64,000 nucleotides of DNA, taken from positions 320,001-384,000 of the forward strand of contig CBDDCX010000008.1 in the NCBI GenBank assembly GCA_965226375.1, written 5' to 3'. Shown here one piece after another: positions 28,610 to 38,794 of the stretch (the first letter of the stretch is position 1; the number at the start of each line of letters is the position of its first letter). The notes beneath the pieces are model-generated. The model was not told the DNA's origin and ran no database searches. It worked only from the letters and a program-made list of their open reading frames with translations. Both the position numbers and the translations under genes were made by a program. The DNA is from Longimicrobiales bacterium. Lineage in GTDB: Bacteria; Gemmatimonadota; Gemmatimonadetes; Longimicrobiales; Gaopeijiaceae.

Positions 28610-30988
28610 TCAGCCCCCCGGTGTCAGCAGCAGGCGGTACTCGGCGACGGCCTCGACGGCCTCGCGGCTGAACGACAGCGGGAAGTACTCCTGGTTTGCC
28701 CAGCTCTCCGTGAGGTTGCCGTAGAACGGACTACCGGGACGTTCCGATTGTCCGGGTGCGTTCGTGCCTACCGATCCATCGAGATTCGAGAAGTCGATGA
28801 CCTCGCGGAACGTGGCTCCCACGGCCGCTACCGTGCCGGCACCACCCGTCCGCTCCGCGGCGGGCAGGTCGTATGCGGACACGAGCGGGTGGGGGAACTC
28901 GCTCCGGTTGGTGCGCCCCCAACGCCATTCGGACGGGTCGTCACCCTGCTCCTCACGCAGCATCCGGAGCGCGGTCGCGAGCACATACTCCGGATCGATC
29001 TCTGGCTCCGGATCGACCTCCGGGCCAGCCGTTCGCTGTCCGAAGCCGAGGTCTCCCAGCGCTCTACGAGCATGGCCGAAGAGGGCCGCGGCGCGGTCCT
29101 CTCGCCTGTAGACTCCGTCCCACGCGGTCAGCTCTCGTCTATAACGCTCGAGTTGCGGATCCTCGGCGGTCCACCCGCGGAACATCTCCAGCAACTCGGC
29201 CGCGGACGCCGAGAACGCGTCGTGCTGCAGGTCCTTGGAGTCCTGCACCGTGACTGCGTTCCCACTCGAAAGAACCTCGGATACGCGCTCGAAGCGCGGG
29301 AAGGTACCCTGGGTCTTGAAGTAGAGCGGTGGGTCGTAGCCCGGCGGATGGATGTCGTGATTGGCGGTTCCGACCCAGCCGCGCTCGGGGTTCAGCTCCC
29401 GAGGAAGGTCGTCCCTGAAGCCCCGCCACTCATACTCGCCCGTGCCCGGCACCGGCAGCCTCCCGTGCCATCCGTCCCTGCGGGGGGAGAGAGCTGAGGC
29501 CTGCCACGCGATGTTTCCTGATGCGTCGCCGCAGACCATGTTTTCCGTTGGCGCGAACCAGTAGTCCAGCGCCTCCAGGAACTCGATGCAGTCCGCCGCC
29601 ACATTGAGCCGCAGCGCGGCGAGGTAGCCGGTGCTGCCCGGCTCGTGCATGGTCGAGCGCATGGCGTACATCAGGTTATTCTCCGCGTCCTCGTAGAAGA
29701 TGGGCCCGTGGCGCGAGAACTTGAGTTCGACGACCTCCGTCTCGCCGCCGCGGATGTGGATGGTGTCGTACTCGATTCTGAGCGATTCCCACGCGCCTCC
29801 GAAGCGGACTTGGTTCGGGTCATCCGGGTTGACCTCTTCGACGTAGACATCGGACTGGTCGGTGCCGACGATCGTGAGACCCCAGGCGATCTGCCCGTTG
29901 TGACCGATCGCCACACCCGGTAGAACCGGCTCCGTGGAGCCGATCGCAGCCCAGCCGGGAGCGTCGAGGTGCACCAGGTACCTGAGCGAGGGATTGGTGA
30001 CCCCACGGTGCGGATCGTTTGCGACGATCACCTGACCGCTCGCGGTGCGCGAGCCGCTGATCGCCCAATTGTTGCTTCCGGGCGACGTCTCCCGCACTCC
30101 GAGATTCAGGGAGACCCGCGCGTCCAGCCACGTGTCGAAGGGAGGTACCAGCTCGGGCCTGACGATGGTGCCCTGAAAGCCCTGGAGACCGGAGGCGACC
30201 GCGCCGTCGATGATCGAGTAGTCTACCCGCTCGGGGACTACCAAGTCCCGGTACGGTGTCGTGCGCGCCTGCCGATTGGCCTCCTCTGCCCCCATCTCGA
30301 CCACATTCCGAGCGAGCTGGAGCTCGCGTCTGATGTCTCGCGTGGGCATCGCGGTCGCGATCCGGAGCAGCGGAGTCTCGACGCTCCACGGGTCAGGGTG
30401 GAGGCCAGTCAACTCGAACTCGACGGGTAGCTCACCCGTCGCCTCGGCATGCTCTATGTAGGCGTTTACTCCGGACGAGAATGCCTCGAGGATGCGGCGG
30501 CCTTCCGGGTGGTAGCTGCCGAACTCCTCGTCGGTCCATGGCCCCCGGTACTTGATGAGCCTCGCCAGCCGGTCATGCTCCAGAGCTTCGGCACCCAAGA
30601 TCTCCGCCAGCCGACCCTCTCCGGCGCGCCTGTACATGTCCATCTGCCAAAGACGATCCTGCGCTTGGACGAAGCCCTGGGCGAAGAAGAGGTCGTCGAT
30701 GTTGTCCGCGTAGATGTGGGGGACGCCCCAGGGATCCCGGATCACTTCCACCTCTGCTCGAAGGCCCGGGACCGATATCGTCCCCTCGATCTGCGGGAGA
30801 TGCGATTGTGCCAGGTCCGCGAAGTTGCTTGGCGGCGACTCGCAGGCGGTTGGCGCGAGGATCACGCAGGTCATGAGGAGAACTCGCGCCGCGGCGGTCA
30901 CGTGGGTCGGGAGTGCGGCCACGCCCGTGACGGGCCCCCGCCTCGCTCGTGAGCCTCGGTTCGCTTGCTGCGGTCGAGACGTGCGCAT
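28610..30988 (-). CDS. Penicillin acylase family (S45) Ntn-hydrolase
   Basis: RDPWGVPHIYA, AQGFVQAQDRLWQM, catalytic GSNNW, ANDPH, RHGPI, PGQS..PGSPFY. Confidence 0.92.
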   Translation of the reverse strand: MRTSRPQQANRGSRARRGPVTGVAALPTHVTAAARVLLMTCVILAPTACESPPSNFADLAQSHLPQIEGTISVPGLRAEVEVIRDPWGVPHIYADNIDDLFFAQGFVQAQDRLWQMDMYRRAGEGRLAEILGAEALEHDRLARLIKYRGPWTDEEFGSYHPEGRRILEAFSSGVNAYIEHAEATGELPVEFELTGLHPDPWSVETPLLRIATAMPTRDIRRELQLARNVVEMGAEEANRQARTTPYRDLVVPERVDYSIIDGAVASGLQGFQGTIVRPELVPPFDTWLDARVSLNLGVRETSPGSNNWAISGSRTASGQVIVANDPHRGVTNPSLRYLVHLDAPGWAAIGSTEPVLPGVAIGHNGQIAWGLTIVGTDQSDVYVEEVNPDDPNQVRFGGAWESLRIEYDTIHIRGGETEVVELKFSRHGPIFYEDAENNLMYAMRSTMHEPGSTGYLAALRLNVAADCIEFLEALDYWFAPTENMVCGDASGNIAWQASALSPRRDGWHGRLPVPGTGEYEWRGFRDDLPRELNPERGWVGTANHDIHPPGYDPPLYFKTQGTFPRFERVSEVLSSGNAVTVQDSKDLQHDAFSASAAELLEMFRGWTAEDPQLERYRRELTAWDGVYRREDRAAALFGHARRALGDLGFGQRTAGPEVDPEPEIDPEYVLATALRMLREEQGDDPSEWRWGRTNRSEFPHPLVSAYDLPAAERTGGAGTVAAVGATFREVIDFSNLDGSVGTNAPGQSERPGSPFYGNLTESWANQEYFPLSFSREAVEAVAEYRLLLTPGG

Positions 30989-31028
30989 GTCGACTCCCAG
31001 GAGTGTCTGGTCATGCTCATAGGATTGG

Positions 31029-33761
31029 TCACGGCAGCGCGAACACCAGGATGTCGGCTCCGCCGGCGATCGCCAAGAACTGCTGGCCATCTGCCATATA
31101 GGTCATGGGTGAGGCTTTCCAGCGCTGATTGGCCTGGAAACGCCAGAGTGGACGGCCGTCGGCCGCGTCGGCGGCAGCGAAGGCTCCACTGTCATCCCCG
31201 TAGAACACGAGTCCGCCCGCGGTGCTGAGCACACCGCCCCAGCTGTTGGCGGGTCCGGCCTGTGGGATCTCCCAGACGATGTCGCCGGTGTCGAGGTCGA
31301 GGGCGCGCAGGTACTTCTTGCCCGGTTCGCCCGGGACCCGCCGAGTGGAGCCGCCATAGAACGACTCGCCCTCCCTCCACCAGTCGTCCGACTTCGTGTA
31401 GATATTGCACTTCTCCAGCGCCATCACGTAGAACAGGCCGGTGGCGGCGCTGAACGCACTCGACATCCAGTTGGTCGCTCCCTCGATGGCGGGGCACGCC
31501 TCGACACCGTCGACACTGGGTTCGGCCTCGGGGATGAGCACTGGGCGTCCGTCTGCGCCGATACCGCTCGCCCAGGTGAGGTTCTCCACGAAGGGCTCGG
31601 CCAGCAGGAGCTCGCCGGTCAGGCGGTCCAGCACGTAGAAGAAGCCGTTGCGGCTGGCCTGCGCGAGCAGCTTCCGCTCCACACCGTCGAACGGCGCGTT
31701 GATCAGCATGGCCGTCTGCTGGGCGTCCCAATCGTGCACGTCGTGGGGTGTGTACTGAAAGTGCCATTCGAGAGCCCCGTCATCCGGGTCGAGGGCCAGC
31801 ACGGAGTTGGAGTACAGGTTGTCCCCCAGGCGCTCGTCGCCGTTGAAGTCGGGGCAGGGGTTGCCGGTGGTCCAGTATAGGAGGTCGGCCTCGGGATCGT
31901 AGGTGCCAGTGAGCCAGGCAGCCCCGCAAGGGTGCTCCAGGGCCCGACCAACCCAAGTCTCGGAGAGCGGCTCGCCGGGGAGCGGCACCGTCCAGAAGCG
32001 CCAGACCTCCTCGCCCGTGTCCGCGCGGTAGCCCGCGACGAAACCGCGGGCGCCTTCATCTCCTCCGGAGGTACCGGAGATCACCAGGTCTTTGACCACA
32101 AGTGGAGCCGACGTGGCACCGTAGTGCTCGCGGTAGTCGGCCATCTCGACGTCCCAGAGCACGCTGCCGGTACGTCGGTGTAGCGCGATGAGGTGGGCGT
32201 GGTCAGTCGCTAGGAACACCCGGTTGCCCAGAACCGCCCCGCCTCGGTTGATTCCACCGGCCGCGTCGCCCACGAGCCCGGTCGTGCGGGGTCGGGAGAA
32301 GTGCCAGATCTGACGACCGGTTGCGGCGTCCAGCGCATACACCTGGTTGGCCGTGGTTACATACATCGTGCCGTCCACGACCACTGGCGTGACCTGTAGG
32401 CGGCTGGCATTCCGAATGGGAAAGAGCCAGTCGAGCCGGAGTTCCGAGACGTTGCCGGCATCGATCCGATCGAGCGTGCTGTGTCGGTTGCCGCTCAGGC
32501 GCCCGTGGTAGGTGGGCCAATCTCCGGGCGTGGGGTCGACGATCTCCGAGAAGGGGATGTCGCGGGGCGGTTCGCTCGCTGCGGTTTCCTCGGGGGGCGC
32601 CGGCTGGTCGGCGGCAGCGGCTACAAGCGAGCGCACGTATCCGATCAGGGTGTCGAGCTCCCCGTCCTCCAAGGTGGAGGCGGGCATGCCCCCCTCGGGG
32701 ATTCCCGCTCGGACCAGCGCCCGAAGCGTCTCCGGGGCGCTCGCACCGACTCCCCCGGGGTGCACGATGCTGGGACCCAACTCGCCACCGGCTCCGTCGC
32801 CTCCGTGGCATCGGGCGCACGAGCCCTCGAAGAGCTGTATACCGGACCGCTCTATGTCATGCGGCTCACGGGTGTCGCCATCGGTGGCTTCGGCCCCGAA
32901 CACCAGATAACCGAAACGGCTCGGTTCATGGACGTCCGAGAGGGTTGGGGACCAGGCCAGCTCCTCGACGTCTTGGCCGACACTGCGGCTGTAGCGATAG
33001 AAGTTTGCACGCCAGCTATCGCCCGGATCCGGTGTAGGCCCCGCCAGGTCGGAGAAAGGCACCCTCACCTCGGCGACCCACCGCACGTCCTGGTCGCTGC
33101 TGTCCTGGATCGTGCCCTGCACGGTGACTGCACTGGTCATACCCTCGGCGGTGTAGGTCCAGTCGCCTTTGATACCCTGCGAAATCCCGGAGTCGTCGAG
33201 GCTGTTGTGGATGACGGCATCGAAGACGGCCCCCAAAGGATTCCACTGGAGCTCGACGTACTCGGTGAGATCCTCCGGTGTGATGAAGAGTTCGGCTACC
33301 TCCTCTTCCCAGAAACGGCTGTCACGTTCGGTGAACGTTCCCTGGATATCCGAATCGTACACGATCCAGGCCATGTAGAGAGCCGACGCGTCGTAGAACA
33401 GGCGGACCTCGGTCGCGTCTTGGCCCGCGCCGGATCCATCATTGCGGACAAGGCGAAGTTCAGCGGCTGTAGCCCATACGGACTCGGCTAAACGGCCGTC
33501 TATGGTCACTGCTAAAGGGCCGTCTACGGCCACTGCGACGTCGGCTCGGGGGATCGTGATCCGGCTGGGGGAGACGTCGGAGGATTGTTGCGCGTCCACG
33601 ACGGTCGGTGTGATGGTGGCTATGGCCGGGAGAGCAAGTTCGGGAGCCAGCCATGCTGCGGCCCGCGTCCGTCGGGCACACCGACGGTGGAGCTTGCAGC
33701 TCTTGTGCCGACTACAGTCAGGTCGGTCGGGCATGTGGGGGTGCCTCGGTCCCGTGGACAT
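31029..33761 (-). CDS. CBM9/DOMON-like + cytochrome c + PQQ-dependent dehydrogenase fusion
   Basis: IDGRLAESVW, WVAEVRVPFSDL, WRANFYR (CBM9-like); CARCH heme motif; WPTYHG, TPVVVDG.MY, SGGDEG.RG, GNPCPD, HDVHDWD PQQ beta-propeller. Start uncertain. Confidence 0.87.
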   Translation of the reverse strand: MSTGPRHPHMPDRPDCSRHKSCKLHRRCARRTRAAAWLAPELALPAIATITPTVVDAQQSSDVSPSRITIPRADVAVAVDGPLAVTIDGRLAESVWATAAELRLVRNDGSGAGQDATEVRLFYDASALYMAWIVYDSDIQGTFTERDSRFWEEEVAELFITPEDLTEYVELQWNPLGAVFDAVIHNSLDDSGISQGIKGDWTYTAEGMTSAVTVQGTIQDSSDQDVRWVAEVRVPFSDLAGPTPDPGDSWRANFYRYSRSVGQDVEELAWSPTLSDVHEPSRFGYLVFGAEATDGDTREPHDIERSGIQLFEGSCARCHGGDGAGGELGPSIVHPGGVGASAPETLRALVRAGIPEGGMPASTLEDGELDTLIGYVRSLVAAAADQPAPPEETAASEPPRDIPFSEIVDPTPGDWPTYHGRLSGNRHSTLDRIDAGNVSELRLDWLFPIRNASRLQVTPVVVDGTMYVTTANQVYALDAATGRQIWHFSRPRTTGLVGDAAGGINRGGAVLGNRVFLATDHAHLIALHRRTGSVLWDVEMADYREHYGATSAPLVVKDLVISGTSGGDEGARGFVAGYRADTGEEVWRFWTVPLPGEPLSETWVGRALEHPCGAAWLTGTYDPEADLLYWTTGNPCPDFNGDERLGDNLYSNSVLALDPDDGALEWHFQYTPHDVHDWDAQQTAMLINAPFDGVERKLLAQASRNGFFYVLDRLTGELLLAEPFVENLTWASGIGADGRPVLIPEAEPSVDGVEACPAIEGATNWMSSAFSAATGLFYVMALEKCNIYTKSDDWWREGESFYGGSTRRVPGEPGKKYLRALDLDTGDIVWEIPQAGPANSWGGVLSTAGGLVFYGDDSGAFAAADAADGRPLWRFQANQRWKASPMTYMADGQQFLAIAGGADILVFALP

Positions 33762-33914
33762 GTGCGCTACACGTGTGGCTTACTCGCGGGCGGGCGTTCA
33801 TGATACGGTTGGGGGCGCGGAGTTCAAAGTGTGACACGACTGTCGAGACGGGCCGTACGTTCCTGGAGTGGAGACGCAGACGTCGTCGATGTCCTTATCT
33901 GGGAGGAAGAAATC

Positions 33915-34481
33915 ATGAGCGCGAGATCCCTGGCATGCGGACTCGTGACCGTGGGTGCGGCCGCTCTCCTGGGCGCTTGCTCTAGCTCGCCCACAGACGA
34001 GGCCGCAGGGCCGGATGGGCCCACCGTGCTGCTCTCCGTCCTCCCCGCAGGCGGGGCCGTAGACATCTCCCTCACCACTGATATCACCGTCGGGTTCAGT
34101 AGAACGATATCCGACAACCTGAGGCACTTCGTAGCTCTGCACGACGGCGACTGTCCGGGGCCGGTCGTGTCCGGAACGTGGACTCGCACGTCGGATGGGA
34201 TGGGGCTCGGCTTTATTCCCTTCGGCCCCCTGATACCGGGCACCGAGTACACCATTCATGTCGGGGGTGGCATGACCGACGGTTTCAGCCAGCTCTTCGA
34301 CCTGCGGCTCCACGGCATCCCGCTAGGTGGAGAGACTGCCACCGAGGAGATGGTGCTCGGACCCGATGGAATGGGGATGGGCGTGGACATGATGGGTGCG
34401 ACGATCACACACACGGGCCTGGGCTGGGCCCACTCCGACGGTACCTACGGGATGGTGTTCCAGTTCACGACCGGCGGCTGA
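33915..34481 (+). CDS. Ig-like (Big_5) domain lipoprotein with Met/His-rich C-terminal segment
   Basis: Lipobox LLGAC; SVLPAGGA.DI...ITVGFS, F.P..PL.PGTEYTIHV, ends FTTGG. Confidence 0.75.
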   Translation: MSARSLACGLVTVGAAALLGACSSSPTDEAAGPDGPTVLLSVLPAGGAVDISLTTDITVGFSRTISDNLRHFVALHDGDCPGPVVSGTWTRTSDGMGLGFIPFGPLIPGTEYTIHVGGGMTDGFSQLFDLRLHGIPLGGETATEEMVLGPDGMGMGVDMMGATITHTGLGWAHSDGTYGMVFQFTTGG

Positions 34482-34538
34482 GCTAGGCAAACCACCTGCC
34501 CATTGCGCGCAGCGGGGTCCGCCGACACCCTATCGCCC

Positions 34539-35807
34539 ATGACTCCCGTTGAGCTCAGTAACTTTGCGAAGTCCCTGACCGCCGAGACGGCGTTTACCGT
34601 CCTCGCCACTGCCAAGATGCTCCAGGCCGGCGGAAAGGACGTGGTCGCACTGGAGATTGGCGACAGCCCGTTCAACACGTCGCCCGCTGCCAAGGCAGCC
34701 GGCATCGAGGCGATCGAGAGCAACCACTCGCGATACTGCGCGTCGCCGGGCCTGCCCGAGCTCCGTGAGGCCGCGGCCCGGTACGTTCGCACCGAGTTCG
34801 GCATTCCTGCCGAGAGCGAGAACGTGGTGGTGGGCTCGGGCGCCAAGGTCTTCGAGCAGTTCTTCTGCGAGGCGTTCCTCGACCCCGGTGACGGGGTGCT
34901 GGTGTTCAGTCCGCACTTCCCGACCTACGTGCCGAATATTTTGCGCCGGGGGGCACGTCCGGTGTTCGCGCCCCTGAAGCAGGCGAACGATTTCCGCCCG
35001 GATCTCACCGACATCGAGCGATTCCTTGCGGACGATCCGTCTCCCAAGGGGATCTTCCTGAACTCGCCTCACAACCCCACGGGTGGTGTTGCTAGCGAGG
35101 CGGACCTGCAGTCCATCGCCGACCTCATCCGGGGCAAGCAGATCGCGGTGTTCAGCGATGAGCCCTACTGCCACATGGTGTGGAAGGGTCGCCACCACTC
35201 GCTGATGGCCCAGCCCGACATGCTGGAGCACGGCGTGGCCGCCTACACGTTCAGCAAGTCCTATAGCATGGGGGGGTGGCGCTTGGGGTTTGCGGTGTCG
35301 TCGCCGACCACGACGGAGCGCATGGGCACCATGATCAACACGACGCTCTCATGCACGCCACCCTTCGTGCAGCTGGCCGGTAGGGCCGCTCTGGAGCACG
35401 ACGGCTCGGAGCGGGATGCGACGATGGACAAATTCCGGGACAAGGTGGCCCTGTTGACCGAGGGTCTCAACCGGATCGATGGTTTACATGCCCTCGAGCC
35501 TCGCGCGACCTTCTACGTGTTCCCGAACGTGGCCCGCGTCTGCAATCGCTTGAGAATCACGAGCCACGGGCTGGCCCTCTATCTTCTGGAGGGGGCGGAT
35601 GACCAGTTCGGTGTGGCGTGCCTGGGCGGAGAGTGTTTCGGCGATGCCGGAGCCGGATTCCTCCGGCTCAGTTGCGCGGCGTCCGACGAGCGGCTCGAGC
35701 AGGCGCTGGACTTCATCCCGACGGCCATCGGCCGGGAGGACAAGGTCCGGGTGTTTCTCGAGGCGCGGCCCGAGTTGAGGTTGACCGAGCCCTATCCGGA
35801 TCCTTAA
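34539..35807 (+). CDS. Aminotransferase class I/II (aspartate aminotransferase-like)
   Basis: LEIGDSPF, GLPELREA, LNSPHNPTG, SDEPY, FSKSYSMGGWRLG. Confidence 0.92.
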   Translation: MTPVELSNFAKSLTAETAFTVLATAKMLQAGGKDVVALEIGDSPFNTSPAAKAAGIEAIESNHSRYCASPGLPELREAAARYVRTEFGIPAESENVVVGSGAKVFEQFFCEAFLDPGDGVLVFSPHFPTYVPNILRRGARPVFAPLKQANDFRPDLTDIERFLADDPSPKGIFLNSPHNPTGGVASEADLQSIADLIRGKQIAVFSDEPYCHMVWKGRHHSLMAQPDMLEHGVAAYTFSKSYSMGGWRLGFAVSSPTTTERMGTMINTTLSCTPPFVQLAGRAALEHDGSERDATMDKFRDKVALLTEGLNRIDGLHALEPRATFYVFPNVARVCNRLRITSHGLALYLLEGADDQFGVACLGGECFGDAGAGFLRLSCAASDERLEQALDFIPTAIGREDKVRVFLEARPELRLTEPYPDP

Positions 35808-35819
35808 GGGTCGGTCAAC
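35780..35819. terminator. Hairpin overlapping the aminotransferase stop, between convergent genes
   Basis: GTTGACCGA(G)CCCT...AGGGTCGGTCAAC inverted repeat; no U-tract. Confidence 0.35.
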
Positions 35820-35888
35820 TGGACGGCCCAAAGCAGATCTTCGTCATCGACTCGACCGACGGAAGTACGACGCACCTTACCCGGTAGT

Positions 35889-37064
35889 CTATCTCCGGTA
35901 GTCCCGCACCGGCGGTAAACGTGCACCCGTACCACCCGTTGGAGCCTCTTCGGCCACCACGGGCATCCGCAGCGTTCCGATCCCGTCGATCATCGCGACG
36001 ATCTCTTCTCCGGGCTGCAGGAACCGTTGCGCACCACGGACCGCCGTGCCCATCCCCGTCCCGCCCGAGGTTCCGTTGTTGATCACGTCGCCGGGAAAGA
36101 GGGTGACGATCGATGAGGCGTACTCGATTACCTCATAAAGAGTGTGAATCATGTCGCCCGCGGTCGCTTCCTGCATCTGCTCGCCGTTCACGCTCAGGGT
36201 CTGCCTGAGGTTGGCCATCGGGTCGCCGTAGAACTCTTTCGGCACGATCCACGGGCCCATCGGCGCGAAGGTGTCGTGTCCTTTGCCGACGAACCAGTCC
36301 GATCGGAGCGGGTTCCCACCGGGCGGGCGGCCGCCGCGATCCGAAATGTCGATCGAGACCATGTAGCCGAAGATGTAGTCCTGCGCTTCCGGGGCACTCA
36401 CGTACTTCGCGGCGCGGCCGATCACCGTCGCGAGCTCGACCTCCCAGTCAGTGCGGTCGCGGCCGTACGGAATCACCACCGCATCGCCGTTGCCGATGAC
36501 GGCCCCCCTGGTCGGCTTCATGAACAGGTAGGGCACGCCACGATTCTCGCGTCGCGCCCTGCGTGCCGTCGCCCGCTCATCCGGCGTGCCGGTCTCGTCG
36601 ACGTGGCTGTAGAAGTTTACCGCGGCGTTGAGGATCTTTCCCGGATACATGATGGGCGGAAGGGTTCGTACGTTTTCGACCTCGTGCACGAAGTCTGGGC
36701 GAGAGCCCATTGCGAGACTGCCCTCGGCGACCAGATCATTGACGATCTCGTAAAGCCGCGGCTGCAGGCCGTACTCGTATCGGCTGATCAGCTCCAGCAT
36801 GTCCGCCGGCATAGGGATCTTGGGGTACGCCGGATCCATCTCGAGCGCAGCGTTGGCGTCGTTGAGGTTCACGACCAGCTGATCTCGTAGGACGATCCCC
36901 ACCTGGGCCGCACCCTGGATCTCGAACGTGCCGACCTTGAACGGCTCGGCGCTCGTGCGTGCCGGCCCGGCCTGGGCCGAGACAGCCGATACGCCGCTGA
37001 AGGCCCACAAGACGGACCCAAGGACGCCGGCCCGGGCCAGCCTCAGTCGCAGGTTGTTGCGCAT
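35889..37064 (-). CDS. Fumarylacetoacetate hydrolase family protein with signal peptide
   Basis: PGKILNAAVNFYSH, DWEVEL, DISDRG, GKGHDTFAPMGPW, PGDVI..GT; N-terminal ..AVSAQ signal. Confidence 0.88.
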   Translation of the reverse strand: MRNNLRLRLARAGVLGSVLWAFSGVSAVSAQAGPARTSAEPFKVGTFEIQGAAQVGIVLRDQLVVNLNDANAALEMDPAYPKIPMPADMLELISRYEYGLQPRLYEIVNDLVAEGSLAMGSRPDFVHEVENVRTLPPIMYPGKILNAAVNFYSHVDETGTPDERATARRARRENRGVPYLFMKPTRGAVIGNGDAVVIPYGRDRTDWEVELATVIGRAAKYVSAPEAQDYIFGYMVSIDISDRGGRPPGGNPLRSDWFVGKGHDTFAPMGPWIVPKEFYGDPMANLRQTLSVNGEQMQEATAGDMIHTLYEVIEYASSIVTLFPGDVINNGTSGGTGMGTAVRGAQRFLQPGEEIVAMIDGIGTLRMPVVAEEAPTGGTGARLPPVRDYRR

Positions 37065-37137
37065 CGGACATCTCCTGGTAGGTCCTCTGCTCGATCTCAC
37101 GGTACTCGGCTCGTTGTTGTGGGCACTCCGCTCACTC

Positions 37138-38643
37138 TTAGGCAGTCGGTGCCACGTTCGCGTTGAGCCGGAACAGATTGCCCGGGTCGTACTGGTTCTT
37201 GATCCCGACCAACCGTTGGTAGTTTCGCCCATAGTTGGCGTGGAAGATCTCGTCGGTGGCGTCGGGGTCCCCGTCGTTGTTGTAGCAGCCCTTCGTGCAC
37301 TGCTCGATCTCGGACCAGTATTGCCGCATCCAGGCGATGTGCGGGCTGCCGTCCGACCCGTGCGCCCAATCGGTGATCCCCAACAGGTTGCCGAGGACGT
37401 CGCGGTGCGAGAACGCGGTGTCGTTGTTCGCGACACGGCCGATCGCTCCGCCGCCCTGCTGGTACGTGAGGATCGTGGTCCGATCAGGGTGCCCTTCCAT
37501 GTTGTCCACGATGGCAGTGATCAACTCTGCCGGAAAGTCGGTGAGGAACCCACTCTTGAGATAAGAGGCGCGGGCTCTGAAATCGTCTACGTCGCCAGAC
37601 CGTTGGACCGCCACGTAATCCATGGCTTGAATGGCATCGACCATGGGCGTGCCCAAGTTACGGATCGGGGCGAGTAGCCGCTCCGCGTCGCTCTCGCGTC
37701 CCGAATAACAGACACTGAAGCCGGCCATCCCCGGGGCGCCTCCGGGCGGGTGAACAAGCGCAAAGCTCAGATCGAGCTCGTCCGGGGCCTCCTGACTGTA
37801 GTCTCCGAACAGGCTCACGACGTCGCGTGCTTTGGCGATCGGGAAGAGGATTCGCCCGAAGACCACCGTGCGCTGCATGGGATGCAGCGCGAACTCGAAC
37901 GACGTGACCACGCCGAAGTTGCCTCCGCCTCCCCGCACGCCCCAGAACAGGTCCTGATTCTCATCGGGACTCGCGTGGTAGAGCTCGCCATCGGCCGCTA
38001 CCACGTCGACAGACCGGAGGTTGTCGATGGCGAGACCAAAACGGCGACCGAGCCGACCGAAACCACCCCCCGTAACCAGACCGCCGACACCGGTGTGCGA
38101 AACGGTACCCATCGTCGTGACCAGACCATGGGACATCGCCTCGTGGTCGAGTTGCCCCAACAGGCTTCCGCCCGTGACCTGGGCCCTGCGGGCCTTGGGA
38201 TCTATACGGGTGTTCCGGAAGGGAGACAGGTCGATCATCATGCCCTTGTCGCACGTCGACTTGCCCGAAGCGCTATGGCCTCCGCCCTTCACCGCGACCA
38301 GGATGTCGTTCTCACGCGCAAAGTCGACCGCGCTTCGGATGTCGGCCGTGCCCGTAACCTGCGCGATGAGCGCGGGGTTCCTGTCGAAAGAGGGATTGAG
38401 AATGCGGCGCGCGTCGTCATAGCCGTCGTCTCCACCCAGGAGGAGCTGTCCCTTCATGCGGGCGGCCAGGTCGGCCACATCCGCGCCCTTGAGCGTGATC
38501 TCGCTCCCCCCACCCGTGATCGCATCGATATCGGGCGGTACCTGCTGGAAGGGGTTGTAGCGCGCTCCCAGCAATCGCTTTGCGGGAATCGTGGTAGCTA
38601 TCGCTGCGGCGATCGAACTGCGGACAAAGGTACGTCTCTTCAT
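37138..38643 (-). CDS. Tat-exported FAD-linked oxidase (BBE/VAO family)
   Basis: MKRRTFV Tat signal, KGGGHS covalent-FAD motif, TGVGGL..GGG.G, RGGGGNFGVVT, KNQYDPGNLFRLNAN. Confidence 0.92.
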   Translation of the reverse strand: MKRRTFVRSSIAAAIATTIPAKRLLGARYNPFQQVPPDIDAITGGGSEITLKGADVADLAARMKGQLLLGGDDGYDDARRILNPSFDRNPALIAQVTGTADIRSAVDFARENDILVAVKGGGHSASGKSTCDKGMMIDLSPFRNTRIDPKARRAQVTGGSLLGQLDHEAMSHGLVTTMGTVSHTGVGGLVTGGGFGRLGRRFGLAIDNLRSVDVVAADGELYHASPDENQDLFWGVRGGGGNFGVVTSFEFALHPMQRTVVFGRILFPIAKARDVVSLFGDYSQEAPDELDLSFALVHPPGGAPGMAGFSVCYSGRESDAERLLAPIRNLGTPMVDAIQAMDYVAVQRSGDVDDFRARASYLKSGFLTDFPAELITAIVDNMEGHPDRTTILTYQQGGGAIGRVANNDTAFSHRDVLGNLLGITDWAHGSDGSPHIAWMRQYWSEIEQCTKGCYNNDGDPDATDEIFHANYGRNYQRLVGIKNQYDPGNLFRLNANVAPTA

Positions 38644-38794
38644 GGTCGGCACCCCGTGGGTCGGCGGACTCGAAGCAGACGGATGCTCACGCGGAGACAT
38701 CCACACGATACCATCGCGGATTCGCTAGGGAGGCGGCGGGATCGTAGGGCCTACATTGGGGCGGATCGGGGCGGCTCGCAACAACTCCCGCGGG

